Positions 24,832 to 37,400 of a stretch of DNA of 64,000 bases are shown piece by piece (within the stretch, counting starts at the first letter, position 1; every line of letters starts with the position of its first letter). A program made the translations under genes and the position numbers. The notes beneath the pieces are model-generated. The model ran no database searches and was not told where the DNA came from. It was given only the letters and a program-made list of their open reading frames with translations. Source of the stretch: Trichoplax adhaerens (taxonomy: Eukaryota; Animalia; Placozoa); NCBI RefSeq assembly GCF_000150275.1, contig NW_002060957.1, positions 918,445-982,444 of the forward strand, given 5' to 3'.

Positions 24832-27800
24832 ATGAATAAATTAGTTCCTTCTGTTGTTCGTCTTATTTCCAGTGGCCAAGTGATTCATTCCATCCAGTCT
24901 GTTATCAAAGAATTAATTGAGAATTCTTTAGATGCAGGTGCAACCAGCATCGATATCAAACTTGTAAGTTGATTTACTGTCTTAAAAATCTGGAAGTGAT
25001 GAATTTTCTGTATTGGGGATAGTGAGTCGATCATGTCTTACGTGCAGTACGTTACATTAGTCTAACCAAGCTTGCATTGGAGTCTATTTACTGTAAATGG
25101 GATAATCAATGTGGTCAATAATGTCCTTAATGTCAATAATACACTCGATAGTGGACTTTAGTTGTGTTGGTTTTATTGAATGCTATGAAATAATATAATA
25201 TTATACGTCTGTATTTGGAATCCTAGTCGTTGTAGCAGTTAAAACAGATCCCTATCCACCATTAATAGTAAACATCGCATCATATTTTTATGATGCTGTA
25301 GACCTAATAAGTTTGCCAGACTACAAGTCGATTGTTGTTGTCATCTCGTAATCTAGCTTTTTTTTATATACTGCAATAAGTTGGATATCAAATTGGATTT
25401 GCAATACGGATAGACGTATACTATTGCAGTTGCGAGTTCTTAATACGAGTAGTATTAAAATTTTTGTTCTCTTCTTACAACCTGAATTCGCTCTTGCAAT
25501 AAAACAGGAAAATTTCGGATTAGACAAAATCGAGATACGCGATAATGGCTGCGGAATACCAGCAACAGAGACTGCTTACATGGGCCAAAAGCATTATACA
25601 TCCAAGCTGAGAGATATGCAGGATTTAAGCTCGATAATGACCTACGGATTTCGCGGTGAAGCATTGAGCTCTTTATGTGCTGTAAGTGATGTTTCAATTG
25701 TGACTAAGACTCAAACTGACAACGTTAGCACATTTTACGAGCTCCATTATGATGGCACGATAAAGAAAAGCAAGCCATCTCATTACGGTCAAGGTACATT
25801 GAATATATATATATCAGCTAGGAAATAAGACTATTGTAATTTCATTTTCACCGTATGACTGGCTGAATGATAATTGTAATATTTCTGATGTTTGTAACCG
25901 TTTTATGTATCAAATATTGTCCTTTATAACAGGTACATCGATCATTGCGTGCAACTTATTTAAGAGTTTGCCAGTTAGGAGACAGGTATATAAAACCAAC
26001 AAAAAGTGCAAAGAAGAATTAAAACGAATAGAGGATTTAATCATTTCTTATGCCATTATCAAACCGACCGTTCGATTCTGTCTTAAACACAATAAAAGTG
26101 TAATATGGCAAAAATGCCAGGTAGCTGATATTGGCTCTGCCATATCGGTCGCATTTGGACGTGCCGTCTTTTCTGAAATGATCACGATCAATTACAAGGG
26201 CGAAGATCCAGCGTTTTCTCTTCGTGGATATATTCCCAAAAATTACTCCAATGATGAGCTAACTGGTAGATCGAATAGTGATCGTTGTTTTATTTATATC
26301 AATCAGCGACCTGTAATGTTTAAAGGTGTCTTGCAGGTGTGTCCTTAGTTTGTACATGGAATAGTTACGGTATAAAATCTATCTCTAGTAGTTAAATTAA
26401 TAAATACAATTAACATAGGTGATATGAACTTAACTGTTATTGTTACATTCTTTAAAATGCTTTACATTCAGGCCATCAAACACCATTACCTTGCATGCCA
26501 AAAAGGACAAATTAATAAATGGCCAATCGCTATTCTTGACTTTACTATTGATTCGAAATTGGTCGATGTTAATGTAGAATCGAGTAAAACTCAGGTTTAT
26601 CTTAGCTTTAAGGTATATCAATTCCAATTCCCCTTATTTATCGAATTATATAATACTATTGATTACTTAATGTTGACATTGAAGTTAAAATCATCGAGGA
26701 TTTCAATCCTATTTTTTGTATGACACTCTCTAGGACGAATTAATAGCATCATTTAATGATCACTTAGATTCCTTAGCTCCATCAGAGCATCAATGCAGCG
26801 ATCCGTAAGAAACTTTATATGTTTTCATTATTTTCCATTATAAGTCTGAGAAAATTCAAATTGTTCTATTTTAATAGACCTCAAAAATTAGAACTGGCAA
26901 CGAAAGCTCCTGATGTTTCGGTATCAAATGAATCTTCAGTTATTAAAGAATCAGTGAGCAACCATTGCTACGATCAGATTTCGTATGATGGTAAATCAGT
27001 TGAAACTCCTCATGAAGTATCAAAAGCTCATAATACAGTACAAGCATTTGATATCAATAGTACATCATATGAAAATACTACGCATGCAATGGAATGTACG
27101 GATGATCATGATGGCCAAAATAATGATAATGCCACCACCGCAAAGATTGGAGATGAAAATATCATCATATCGGTGCAAGAGTCTGCTACAACTGATAGCA
27201 AACATGAATTACCTGAATCTTCAAAGGTAGATACTGAAGATTTAATCATGGAAATTGCTGAAGATGATGGCTTTGCTGGTACCGTAGATCATGATAATTC
27301 CTTAAATAAAAATGAATCGATCCCTATTTGTGATAATCATGCAAAAACAACAATTCAGGATAACAATAAAAATGAAGGTATGGTAAATTGACAGTGCATT
27401 GTTGATATACGCTTACTGTATTACATAGTCCTATTGCTCTCAAGAAACTGACAACAAGCTGACGTGGTTATAATAGTAGATGATGTGGAACGAGTAATTT
27501 TACCGGAAAATATCGATCTAGCTAGTTGGAGTAAAGGTAAAGGTTTAGAAGAAAGGACTCTGGAGGTACGTAATACCAATAATGTTTGTATAGATGTGAC
27601 TGTCTCATAATTTTAGTTAACTCATATCGGTTCACTACTTTTACTTATGATTCTAGTTTCATAATTAATACGTCATTTTGTTTAAGCCGGTTAGTATCTT
27701 AGTTCCAATGCGCGGCCCAGAAAATGCTCCAGATACACCACTGGGTGTTGACATGCTTTCAACTCCTGATAAAATAAATGTAAATGCATATCTCTGAAAT

Positions 27801-30270
27801 TCTATTTTTCATCGTTGCAGTTGTCCGTATAAACGTGTTGTTTGCAATTTTTACTAGGACAATGAACCCAATAATAAAGTTTTAGCATCGGACTTACGAA
27901 ATAAACATGATGACTTGATTATAAAAGGTCTGGCACATGTCAAAAGTGTACATAATTGCAGTAAATACGATTTTAGAATACTATTAGCGTAGAAACACGA
28001 CATTATAATGACTTAATTTAAATTTAAATTTCGCCATTATTGTAATTTTTCTAACGTGGGTTCCATGATTAATTGAATGCAACTCTTAGAAACTTCGGCC
28101 AAATCAAACTCAGAACTACAACAATTGAGTGGCATGATCCAGGATAGATGGAAAGCATTGACATCAGGAGAATTATGTAAATCGAAGAAATCATCAAAAG
28201 GGAGAAATTTAAGGTAGTTTTAATTGTGGTATACATAGAAATATGCCAGTTATGTACAGTCAATGCCAATAATGCTAGAAAATGTAAAAGCTTATCACAG
28301 CTAAGTGCTTTTATTAAATTTTGCAATTAGTCCTTTTCCAAAGAGACCGGCAAGCCGAGAAAATAACAAACTTTCTGAGGTATATTACTTAGCCTATTTT
28401 TAAGGTTACCTTTAAGATTATTTTTGTAGATTAATTGACTGTCATCTGCCATGGTCTAATGCGACATCTAATACCCATATACCGGATTCTAACATGTACT
28501 AGATTCTATAAAGTAGTAAGATGTTATTTTATGTATTCTATTTTTTAATTTTATAGGTTTCAAGCCCATCTGTACTCAACTTTTTCACTCCTAATACAAC
28601 TCGAAGCACAAATAGCTTATCTGAGGAATCAGATGGAGAGCAAGATGAAACTATTGTTTACAACTTTGAACTAATGAAAGCTAATTATGAAAAATTGCGG
28701 TATTACAATTTCTAGCTCATTAGTGTTGTGCATTTTTTCACATTATTGCTTCAGCTGAACGTTTGCTTATATGCGCTTTAGGAAGAGTCCATTAGATGAG
28801 AATACTGAGATGATTGGCCCAATTGATTCTACTAAGCTTTGGCTATTGCGTCAAAAGAATGAAGTGCTAGTTGCGGATCCTTACAAGTATGTTGTTTGGA
28901 ATTTTTATGAATCGAAATTGAAATGTTTAAACCTTGTTAGTGTAGTAATTTGAGCTTATTTCTTGTTAGAATTGAAGAAAGATTTGTTTATGAAAAGTTT
29001 ATGGCTGAACATCGCTTACCTATCGTTGTGCTAAGTAGATCAATCACATTAACGGAAGGGTAAGTAATAGAGGTAGGTATTGTGTGAATCTGCGAGATTC
29101 TTTTTGCATACAGGATATGGTCTTTCACCCTCATCTATAAAAGGATTGTTTTGATGCAGTATTCATTCGCATCTTTCTTCCTCATGTTAGCTACACTTGA
29201 TTAGTAATCAATTTCTTGCGATCCTTACAGAATGATTGGTGACCCACTGTTATGTTCGATCTTATGGAATATGTCCAATCAGCATAATCCCCCAGATAAG
29301 CATAGGTAAGCCATAACGGAAATATAAATCTTACGCTTTTTGTGCCGAATTTATGGTGCATTTGTGAAAGTCAATGCATTTCTTATGCTGTCTATTTGTA
29401 TCAAAGTTATTATCAGGATGAGCGACTAGTTGCCAACGGATTTCTAATCAGACGTGATATAGGTAAATTTAGATCAATGTATGACATGCATATATAAGTT
29501 GGGGTTGGCTGCTTATGAAATATTGTGCATTTCTCTTAGAAATTGATTATCCATATTTTGAAATTGTTTCCATGACACGTAACATCTATAACTATGGAAT
29601 AGCAGATCTGAAAGAAATTCTAGGTTGCTACTTTGACAGTTATTTTTGTTTACTGTTTTCTGTTTTAAGAGGTAAACTAACATCGTTTGTTTGTATAGAG
29701 TGTATTGCAAATGTTGAAGGCGACCTGTCAAATGTTTGCAAATTATCACAATGCAGGCCGGCTAAAGTCGTTTCTTATTTTCGAGTGAGTACCATACTAA
29801 GTATAATAGTTTAGACTTTTTATAATAAAGTATTCGCAAAATTTGGAAGCTTGTTGGTGCATTAATTAAGCAATAGTAGATAACTCTTGTGTAGGGTACC
29901 TTAGATTGAAAATTAACGTCTATTGCTTACGCTATGAACTACTAGATATAGCTAGTAGTTCGAAGGTTACGTTTATCTTTGTTTTGCGCAGGTAGGACGC
30001 ACATACATAAATAAGCCTGTGCTAAGTATCAAGTTGATGTTTAAATAGTAGAACTACGTTAAGATGGCGTTGTGCTGTAATTTAATACAGGGTGAAGCAA
30101 GGCGAATAAGTTCTATGTTAAAGAAGAATTTGAAGCCTAGCGAAGCCAATGATATCATAGCGAAAATTAAACGGCTACCAACAGACTGTACAAAGAGTCT
30201 TCGTGGGAAGGAGCTTTTTCATCGAGTGGCATTGCTAAAGGCAGAATTGACTACTGATTCAACTTCGTAG
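24832..30270 (+). CDS. PMS1: MutL-family mismatch-repair protein PMS1 (human PMS1 orthologue), ~18 exons
   Basis: Exon 1 24832-24963 encodes [48 protein letters not shown] motifs [12 protein letters not shown] and YGFRGEAL follow, then [14 protein letters not shown]1-specific C-terminal blocks [28 protein letters not shown] and [18 protein letters not shown] are present. Confidence 0.93.
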
Positions 30271-30551
30271 TAGATATGATTAAGTTAAGGATTTGTAAAA
30301 ATTTTTTGGGATTTAGGGTTATGTTGCAAATTTTATCATTATACAGCAAGAAGGCTAAAGTAAATTAAACGTGACTCTACTGGTAGAAAAAATAGTTCGT
30401 TGTTGTTTATAAGATTGATTTAAAGGTTTATTCCTTTCAAGTTTCACATATGAAAAGTCTACTGATTCAACGAAATTACAAGCTATAGCATTAGCAAATG
30501 CATAGATGATAAATCGTCATATCGTTTGAATCTAAGACATCGGTAACAGTA

Positions 30552-33174
30552 TTATATTTTATTGAAAGCTGCAATATCCATTGATTGGACTAAATCTTCG
30601 ATGGCTGTAATTTGTTCTTCCAAGAAGTCCGTACTAATCTATTAATTATAAAGTATTAAAAAAATTCCAATCATGTATATGGTTACAATTGTGCTCATCT
30701 GTTTTATCATATGTAATTAATCTCGATAAGAGCTTAAAAATTAATGTTTTGCCCCATCAATGAAGACAGTCGTAGCGTTGTAACTACTTGGTAAATACAA
30801 GCGATTTTAATCTACTATTTCAGCTTAGAAATTGCAATTACTGTACGTATGTTGTGAATAAACTCAGATTTTACCTTGTCGTCTTCAATAACAGCAGCAA
30901 TTTGTAATTTGTTAATACCGTACCCAACAGGCTTAAGTTTAGCTATGGAGAACATATAATGTGATAAATGAATGCATTGTTTGTGACACGTAACACAGTA
31001 CCCATTATTTGCATATACTGAATACATGTATACTTTAGGAAAAAGTTCGACTTGGTATGAAGTATTATTGACAAGATACAAATAGCAATATCATTATAAG
31101 TACAGTTTCTACTAATATTTATCAAAAGCACACTATACTATCTGGATTAAAATATCTTGTTGTCAACTACCGATCGTTATTGATTACGGTAACTGATAAA
31201 GTCTAAAAGGCAATAGAAAGTAGGCTATTACTAGATTTTGCCTAAAAGTCTTTAAAAACTATCACATAATTGAGTCTATTAATCAATTTCCACTAATTAT
31301 ATACTTACACGCTCCCCAGACTAGACCATCTGCTTCAATAGCGCGAACTTGTTTTTCCATCTCCTGCATGTCTAAAATGATAGAATATGAAATTGTGAAG
31401 TCTCAATCTGTCAAGAAGCTAAGCGTTAATATGCCTCCGATTATAGAAATCCTACCAGTTTCGTCATCCCATGGTTTCACATCTAGTAACAAGCTAGATT
31501 TGGCAATTACAGCTGCCTCTGAAATGGACGATGTAGAAAGCGGTGTTAAACCATTAAGAATAATACTATTTAGAGTCTATATATTACCATCTATTTGTTA
31601 AGAGATAAGAAATATCTGTAATCTAAGCTGAAAATGGGATGTTGGTAGAATTATGGGCTTTATATGAGTTCATGACATACTTTTTGCTTTCTTGGCTTGA
31701 TAACTCTCCACGCGTTGCTGCTTCAATTTTTCTTCTTCATCCTTGATAAACAATTATTACAATTTAATTGGCATACTGTGAATATTAAGTAGTCTTTCAA
31801 GAGTATCCTTCTCTTTGGTTGATAATCCAATGTTAAGGAATAAGTATGAAGATCACAGCTAGTAATTGGGTATAAATAGTAATCCGTAGACTTACTTCAG
31901 AATCAGATGCGAATAAATCGAATTCTTCATCGTCGTCTTTATTGTCCTCTGTTTCATTACCCGCAGGTCCATAGGAACTTAAGCTTTTCTTATCACCGGG
32001 AAATCTAATCAAGAACGATAATAATTGGTAGGTTAGGTATAGCAAAAGAGGCACGATGATACGTCCATTGATTCCTTTCAAAGAATCGAAATCAAGGCTG
32101 ATGCAGTGTAATCGATTCTTTGCACAATTTAGCTACTGTACTAATATTGTGTTATGTAATGACGACAATAATGGTACCGTCTATCCCGTTGAGCGATGGC
32201 TACTTTACTATTTATTAAAAGCAACAGTAAGCAATACTTACGCTTTCCTTTCATTTGCATCGTATGATGAAATGTGACTGAACCAACGCAATGCATGATT
32301 CAATTTGTCAGAAGGTGCACCAGAAAGAGCAGCAAAGACTACACTATCAGCTTGAGATGGTACATAACTATGTAGACAAGGGGGAAAAAATCAAGACAAT
32401 CCTCTTGATTAGTAAGATAGTAGCAATACAGTTGATCAGCACAATATCAATCATGATGAGTTGGTAGCAACGTTATTGCTATGGCAAGGCGACCTACGTC
32501 TACGCTATCGCATATCGACTAGACTACAGCATGTTCAAGTACCACCATGACGGCAATATTATTGTCAAAGCTATCGTCCACTTTCTATGTGTATGTACAG
32601 TACATCAATACAAGTAAACACATCGCATGCTAGAGTGCATGATAAGGGAAAAATCAATCATAAGTTAATCACGGTCCATCCAAGGAAAGCCATCAAGCCA
32701 CAGCGACCATGTTGGTGCCACATCTAATGTCAATTGTGTCCATCACTCCATATCAGCGTGTAATGCAAATCAAGCATGTACGGGCGGTATCCAAGTAAAG
32801 CTATCTCGTAAGGAGTCTTAAGTAATCGCTAGTAGGATTGGTGGATTAGAAGACTTGTCCAAGCTTCTCGAACTGATTTCAACCGGTGATGATACGCGTA
32901 TAAAGTTAATTGATTGAAGTTGTTGGTTGTCAAGGTTAAGCGTTGGCCGGTTGCTTGTTTCTATACTGTCTGTATAGGCAGGAGGGACTGGATGCCAATT
33001 TTAAAGTGATGATGGCTAGTACAGCTTGGGTTCTTATCATTCAACATTGTCAATCCTAAATATGAAAGGTTACTGTAGTAAATCGTTCCCTTACCCTTCA
33101 ATATAGCTACGATCAGCCAAGTAATTATTTAATGAAGTTAAACCAGCTTCACTTTTTAAATCGGGGAAACCCAT
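30552..33174 (-). CDS. EEF1B2: Translation elongation factor 1-beta (8 exons)
   Basis: The spliced product reads MGFPDLKSEAGLTSLNNYLADRSYIEG/YVPSQAD...ALRWFSHI...DDDEEFDLFASDSE...IAKSSLLLDVKPWDDETDMQEME...GLVWGA..KLKPVGYGINKLQI...VEDDK-like IEDDK/ISTDFLEEQI...VQSMDIAAFNKI*. Confidence 0.96.
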
Positions 33175-33226
33175 CACGTTGTTGGCGAATATTTGACGAG
33201 GGGTGGTCGCAATAAAGCCACGGTAC

Positions 33227-33263
33227 AAAAGGAAGCCTAACGCGTAGTCTTGGTACAAATATA
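33227..33263 (-). promoter_or_regulatory. 5'-TOP/TCT-type initiator (CTTCCTTTT) with a TATA-like element ~27 bp upstream
   Basis: Minus-strand CTTCCTTTT at 33235-33227 lies ~60 nt before the EEF1B2 ATG, with TATATTTG near 33262. Translation-factor mRNAs are classic TOP mRNAs. Confidence 0.6.
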
Positions 33264-34195
33264 CCGTAGAAGGGGTGGTGACGTCCAGTACAGACAGATG
33301 GACTTTTTCTTGCTCAATGAGGCCATCCAATATCCAAAGATGGCTACTTAGTATGCATCTTCTGCGTCTGTTTTCTAAATCACTGGTACTCGTTCTAATA
33401 ACATCGACGATCTCATATCACTGTCTCCAAGTGGAACTTAGTAACAGATAATAAAATTTAGCGTAATATTACTTAATTTAGAAAAAATCAGTCACTTCAA
33501 AATGGACCATCTGCACATTCCACTACGGTCATCGTAATGAAGTAGTTGACACAATATTATTTTGGGACGAGAGGAGGTTGAAAATGTCTGTCCGTCCAAG
33601 AGTGATGGGACAGGGCAGGTCCCCAGGTCGTCTACTAGTGGTCCAAGGTACAGTACAGAGGCGAGTAGTAAGTACTGTACTACTAGAGTACTATGTACTG
33701 TATAGTACTGTACAGTAGCAAGGATTTCTGCACAGTACAAGTCCATGGTTCAAACACACACACACACAGTCTGTCTTGCGGTCTGTCTGTATGCTGCAAT
33801 CTGTTCTTGTAGTTACTGTATGGACGAAGCCAGAACTGATCACTTACTTTAAAGTAACAAAATGAGCTGTTTCAGCGAAAGAAGCCGTAAAATAGAACAG
33901 CCTGTGCTGTATGCACAGTACACTGTACACCAATATGGAAGATTGGAAGAGAAAGCTCAACACTAGGGTTGTTCCGATACATACGATTTCAGTGGTCCAT
34001 TCAGTACTGAATTCGCTTGCCACTGGCCTTACACTACTACTCGTAGTCCATCCTGTAGTACTCCAATTCGGCAAGGCTGGACGCCCGGACTACTGTACAG
34101 TGTACAGTACTACATACTGTATACTGTACTGTACACTGTACTGGCCGACATTGTCACACTTCGGGCCCACGTCCCACAAATCTCCTACTGTATAG

Positions 34196-34265
34196 TACAG
34201 TACAGTACAGTACAGTACAATACAGTACAGTGTACAGTGTAAAGTACTCTACACTGTACACTGTA
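34196..34265. repeat. (TACAG)n / (TGTACAG) microsatellite in the EEF1B2-UBE4A divergent promoter
   Basis: tacagtacagtacagtacagtacaatacagtacagtgtacagtgt is directly visible. Confidence 0.85.
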
Positions 34266-34444
34266 CAGTCGACAGTACTAGTACCCAGTGGTTGGGGATG
34301 CGGGACTAAACGTTCCCACTACTGGACATCGATTTGGAGAGAGAGAGAGAGAGAGAGTCATGGCGTTTTGCTTTATTGTGCATGCCATATTGGAGTCTTC
34401 TTAAATAGATTAAGGTAATTGTGTCTTTTTGTATTCATTGGACT

Positions 34445-37400
34445 ATGGAAGAGATCAAGAATGATAGCAATCCATCGCAGCAACATCAGCATGGATGTCA
34501 TGATCCAGTAAGAGAAGAGACCGTCGACAACAACGTTATGGAGGTCGCCGAGGTAGATACCGATGAAGAGTTTGCATCCAATCCTTTTAGCCAATTGTTT
34601 GAGTCATTACAACATGCTAAAACTGCTGCCAAAAGATTTAAGAACGCCACGGATTTGAAGGAAACCACTTTAATAGGTAAAGGCGAGATAAACTAGCTTT
34701 CACTTTGCCTTTCATCCTACTGTAGTAAGCATAATAGGACATTACATCAAGGTTCTTCATCCTGTTGGACTGTCCTGTACTGTACTCGTACTCTACGGTA
34801 CAGGTGATCCATGGAAAACTACTACAGCAAGTGGATTTCTGAAACTAGAGTAGCTGCATGTTGTACATCTTTTATAGCGTGTGATTGTGTGTCTATGTCT
34901 CTCTCATCACTTGCTTCCTTACTAGTTGTAATGTCAAGCTGCTCAACCTTGACATTACAATCTTTCTTGCACAACTATACTGTACAATGTGGATCTATTG
35001 ACAACAATTCACAATGATGTAATATTTGTAACATGGAAAGAATGGACTCATCTAACACTCATCTTCTTCATCGTAGGCCAAATGAAAATGAACCTTAAGG
35101 ACTCAGCTGAACTTCTTCAACTTGATATCACCGCAGACGAATTAATTGTCAATGATATTCTACAACGAATTCTACTAGTGACTGCAGATAAACGTATGAT
35201 AACAGTTGTTTACTACTTACAATTATTGTAGGCCTATGCTGTCCAATGTACAGCATACTGTACTGGAGTTGGTACTGTGATAGGTGTATTAGCTTAAGAT
35301 GAAAACGAGCTACCTCAGTCCGACTAAGAATGAATAATTAATAGTAATCAATAAGTACAGTAATCATTCCATTTCAATACTGAACATGATAAAAATAATC
35401 TAGTAGCTCAATCTTTCGTATTAATAGACAAGTGTGATGAATTGCAAGGGTAATCTCAAGCATGATAGAAAAATTAGACTAACCCTCTTAATTCTTATTT
35501 TGCTAGATTTTTCAAAACGTGCTGATAAGATATCTGTAAAAATACCACAGACAATTGTGCTATTGCCATTAAGTAATGAGTTAACTGAAGACCGTTGCTG
35601 TTTGAACTTCGATATTGTCGATGAGGTAATGCTAAAATTGGGTACAATGCTAATGCAATAACTGTTGTACATTCATTCATTCGTGTAAGAAAATTGCTCG
35701 AATAGCAAAGATATAGAACGCCAGTGGTATAGAATACAAGGACATGTAGCTCTCCAATTAAAAATAGACTAGAATAAGAATGGACATAGTTTTATCAGTG
35801 ACTATAAATATCATCAATCACCATTCATCATAAAATTATACAATGTCTATAGTATTAATTGCCATGGATAATGTATCAACATTCTAAATAGAATCATAGC
35901 CTTACAAGTGCATTGTGATGATACGTGCTAGTATTATTACTACGATACATATCCTGTATAACCATACACATTCCAAGATCGAAAACAATCTTAGTATGCT
36001 ATTGAACGTAGTCATTACCATAGCACCTTGCTAGACACTGTCTTGCGTGTGTGCTCGTATTCAAAAGTACTTGACAGTTATACTGAATGGCAAAATCAAC
36101 TAAATTCCAATCCAATTTCAATACTATTAGGCACTCATAGAACGTCTCAGTATGGCTGATATTCACCCAAATGTCATAACGTTTCGTCCCTCAAATAAAG
36201 CAAAAGATGACCAAAGCTATCGCGTCTCTTTAGCCCTAGTAGCTGAACCTAATCCTATTGTTTATTTATTCGAATGTCATCGTAGAGCTCGTTTAGTCTT
36301 ACAAGAACAATCGGTAAATATGTGGCTGCATTACCTTGTTAATACAGCTTCCAACTCTTATGGAGTAAATAATAGTCTTGACTGACTATGACATAGCTAA
36401 TCTTTTTCGATACTCTACTCAACGCAGGCAGATAATCAGTGTAGTAGACAAGCTGCAGAAAAATGCAAAGTTATCGTAGCGACATTTGTTGGGTAATATG
36501 AATTGTATTACTATCAATAATGAATTAATCAAATAATATTGATGAATATTATGTCATTGAGATATCATTTGCTTTTAATGTTTTACAGCTCTTGCTTACT
36601 AACACCTGATATTCTATCAGGTCAAGATACAAACAAGCAGTTCGACTCATTACTTACTGATAGGCAATACTCTGGTAAAATTCATTCATTACACTCGTAT
36701 TCAAGTTAACATTTTCATTCTTATACAATTACCAACGCTATCGCTTGTTTCCATTATTTGCAATGTAGGAACGCCCGAATTGTACGAATTTTTGAAAGAC
36801 ATTCTAATTTCTTATCCAGACACAAATGACATTGTAAGGTCTTTAATGTTACAATTTTAAAATTAAAAATTACTCCAGGCATGCAAATATTATCCATACA
36901 CCTTAATACGACATCGGAAGTTGGAAATGTTATCTTATGCATATATTTTGTTAAAAACTTCTAGGAACAGATCTTTCAATACAGCATTGCACCAATTTTT
37001 AATATTCAGAGCATTAAATATGAAGACATCCATCCTAAACTTATACGTCTGTGTAATTTTAGTCAACATGAGCACTTATTAAAGGTATTTAGAGCATTTC
37101 GTATGTTGGTTATAATTCTTGATAATAACTATAATGTCTTTATAGTTCTTAATAGAGTCAAGTCCTTGGCTTCCTAAGGGTTTAAACGTGACAGGAAAAT
37201 CTTTCGAGCGGACTTTATTAGGCTCTCTGCTATGCTACAGCTCAATTGTTCCAGCCTTACCTTTATTACAAGGCTTCGGCTTTACAACCTTACATACCCT
37301 ATCAGTAAGTTGAATTAAATGGCTATAGTAGCTAGTACATAGTAAAATTGAATAATATTGTAGTATTGAATTAACTAGGACGCTTTCTTTATATAGCCAG

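Noticed and set aside
32368-33094. C/D snoRNA (SNORD51-like) in EEF1B2 intron 1
   Set aside because: No properly spaced RTGATGA...CTGA pair was found on the sense (minus) strand.
33844-34418. ORFs rich in Y/C/T/V/L in promoter regions (also 18346-18795)
   Set aside because: These are translations of TACAG/CTGTA low-complexity sequence.
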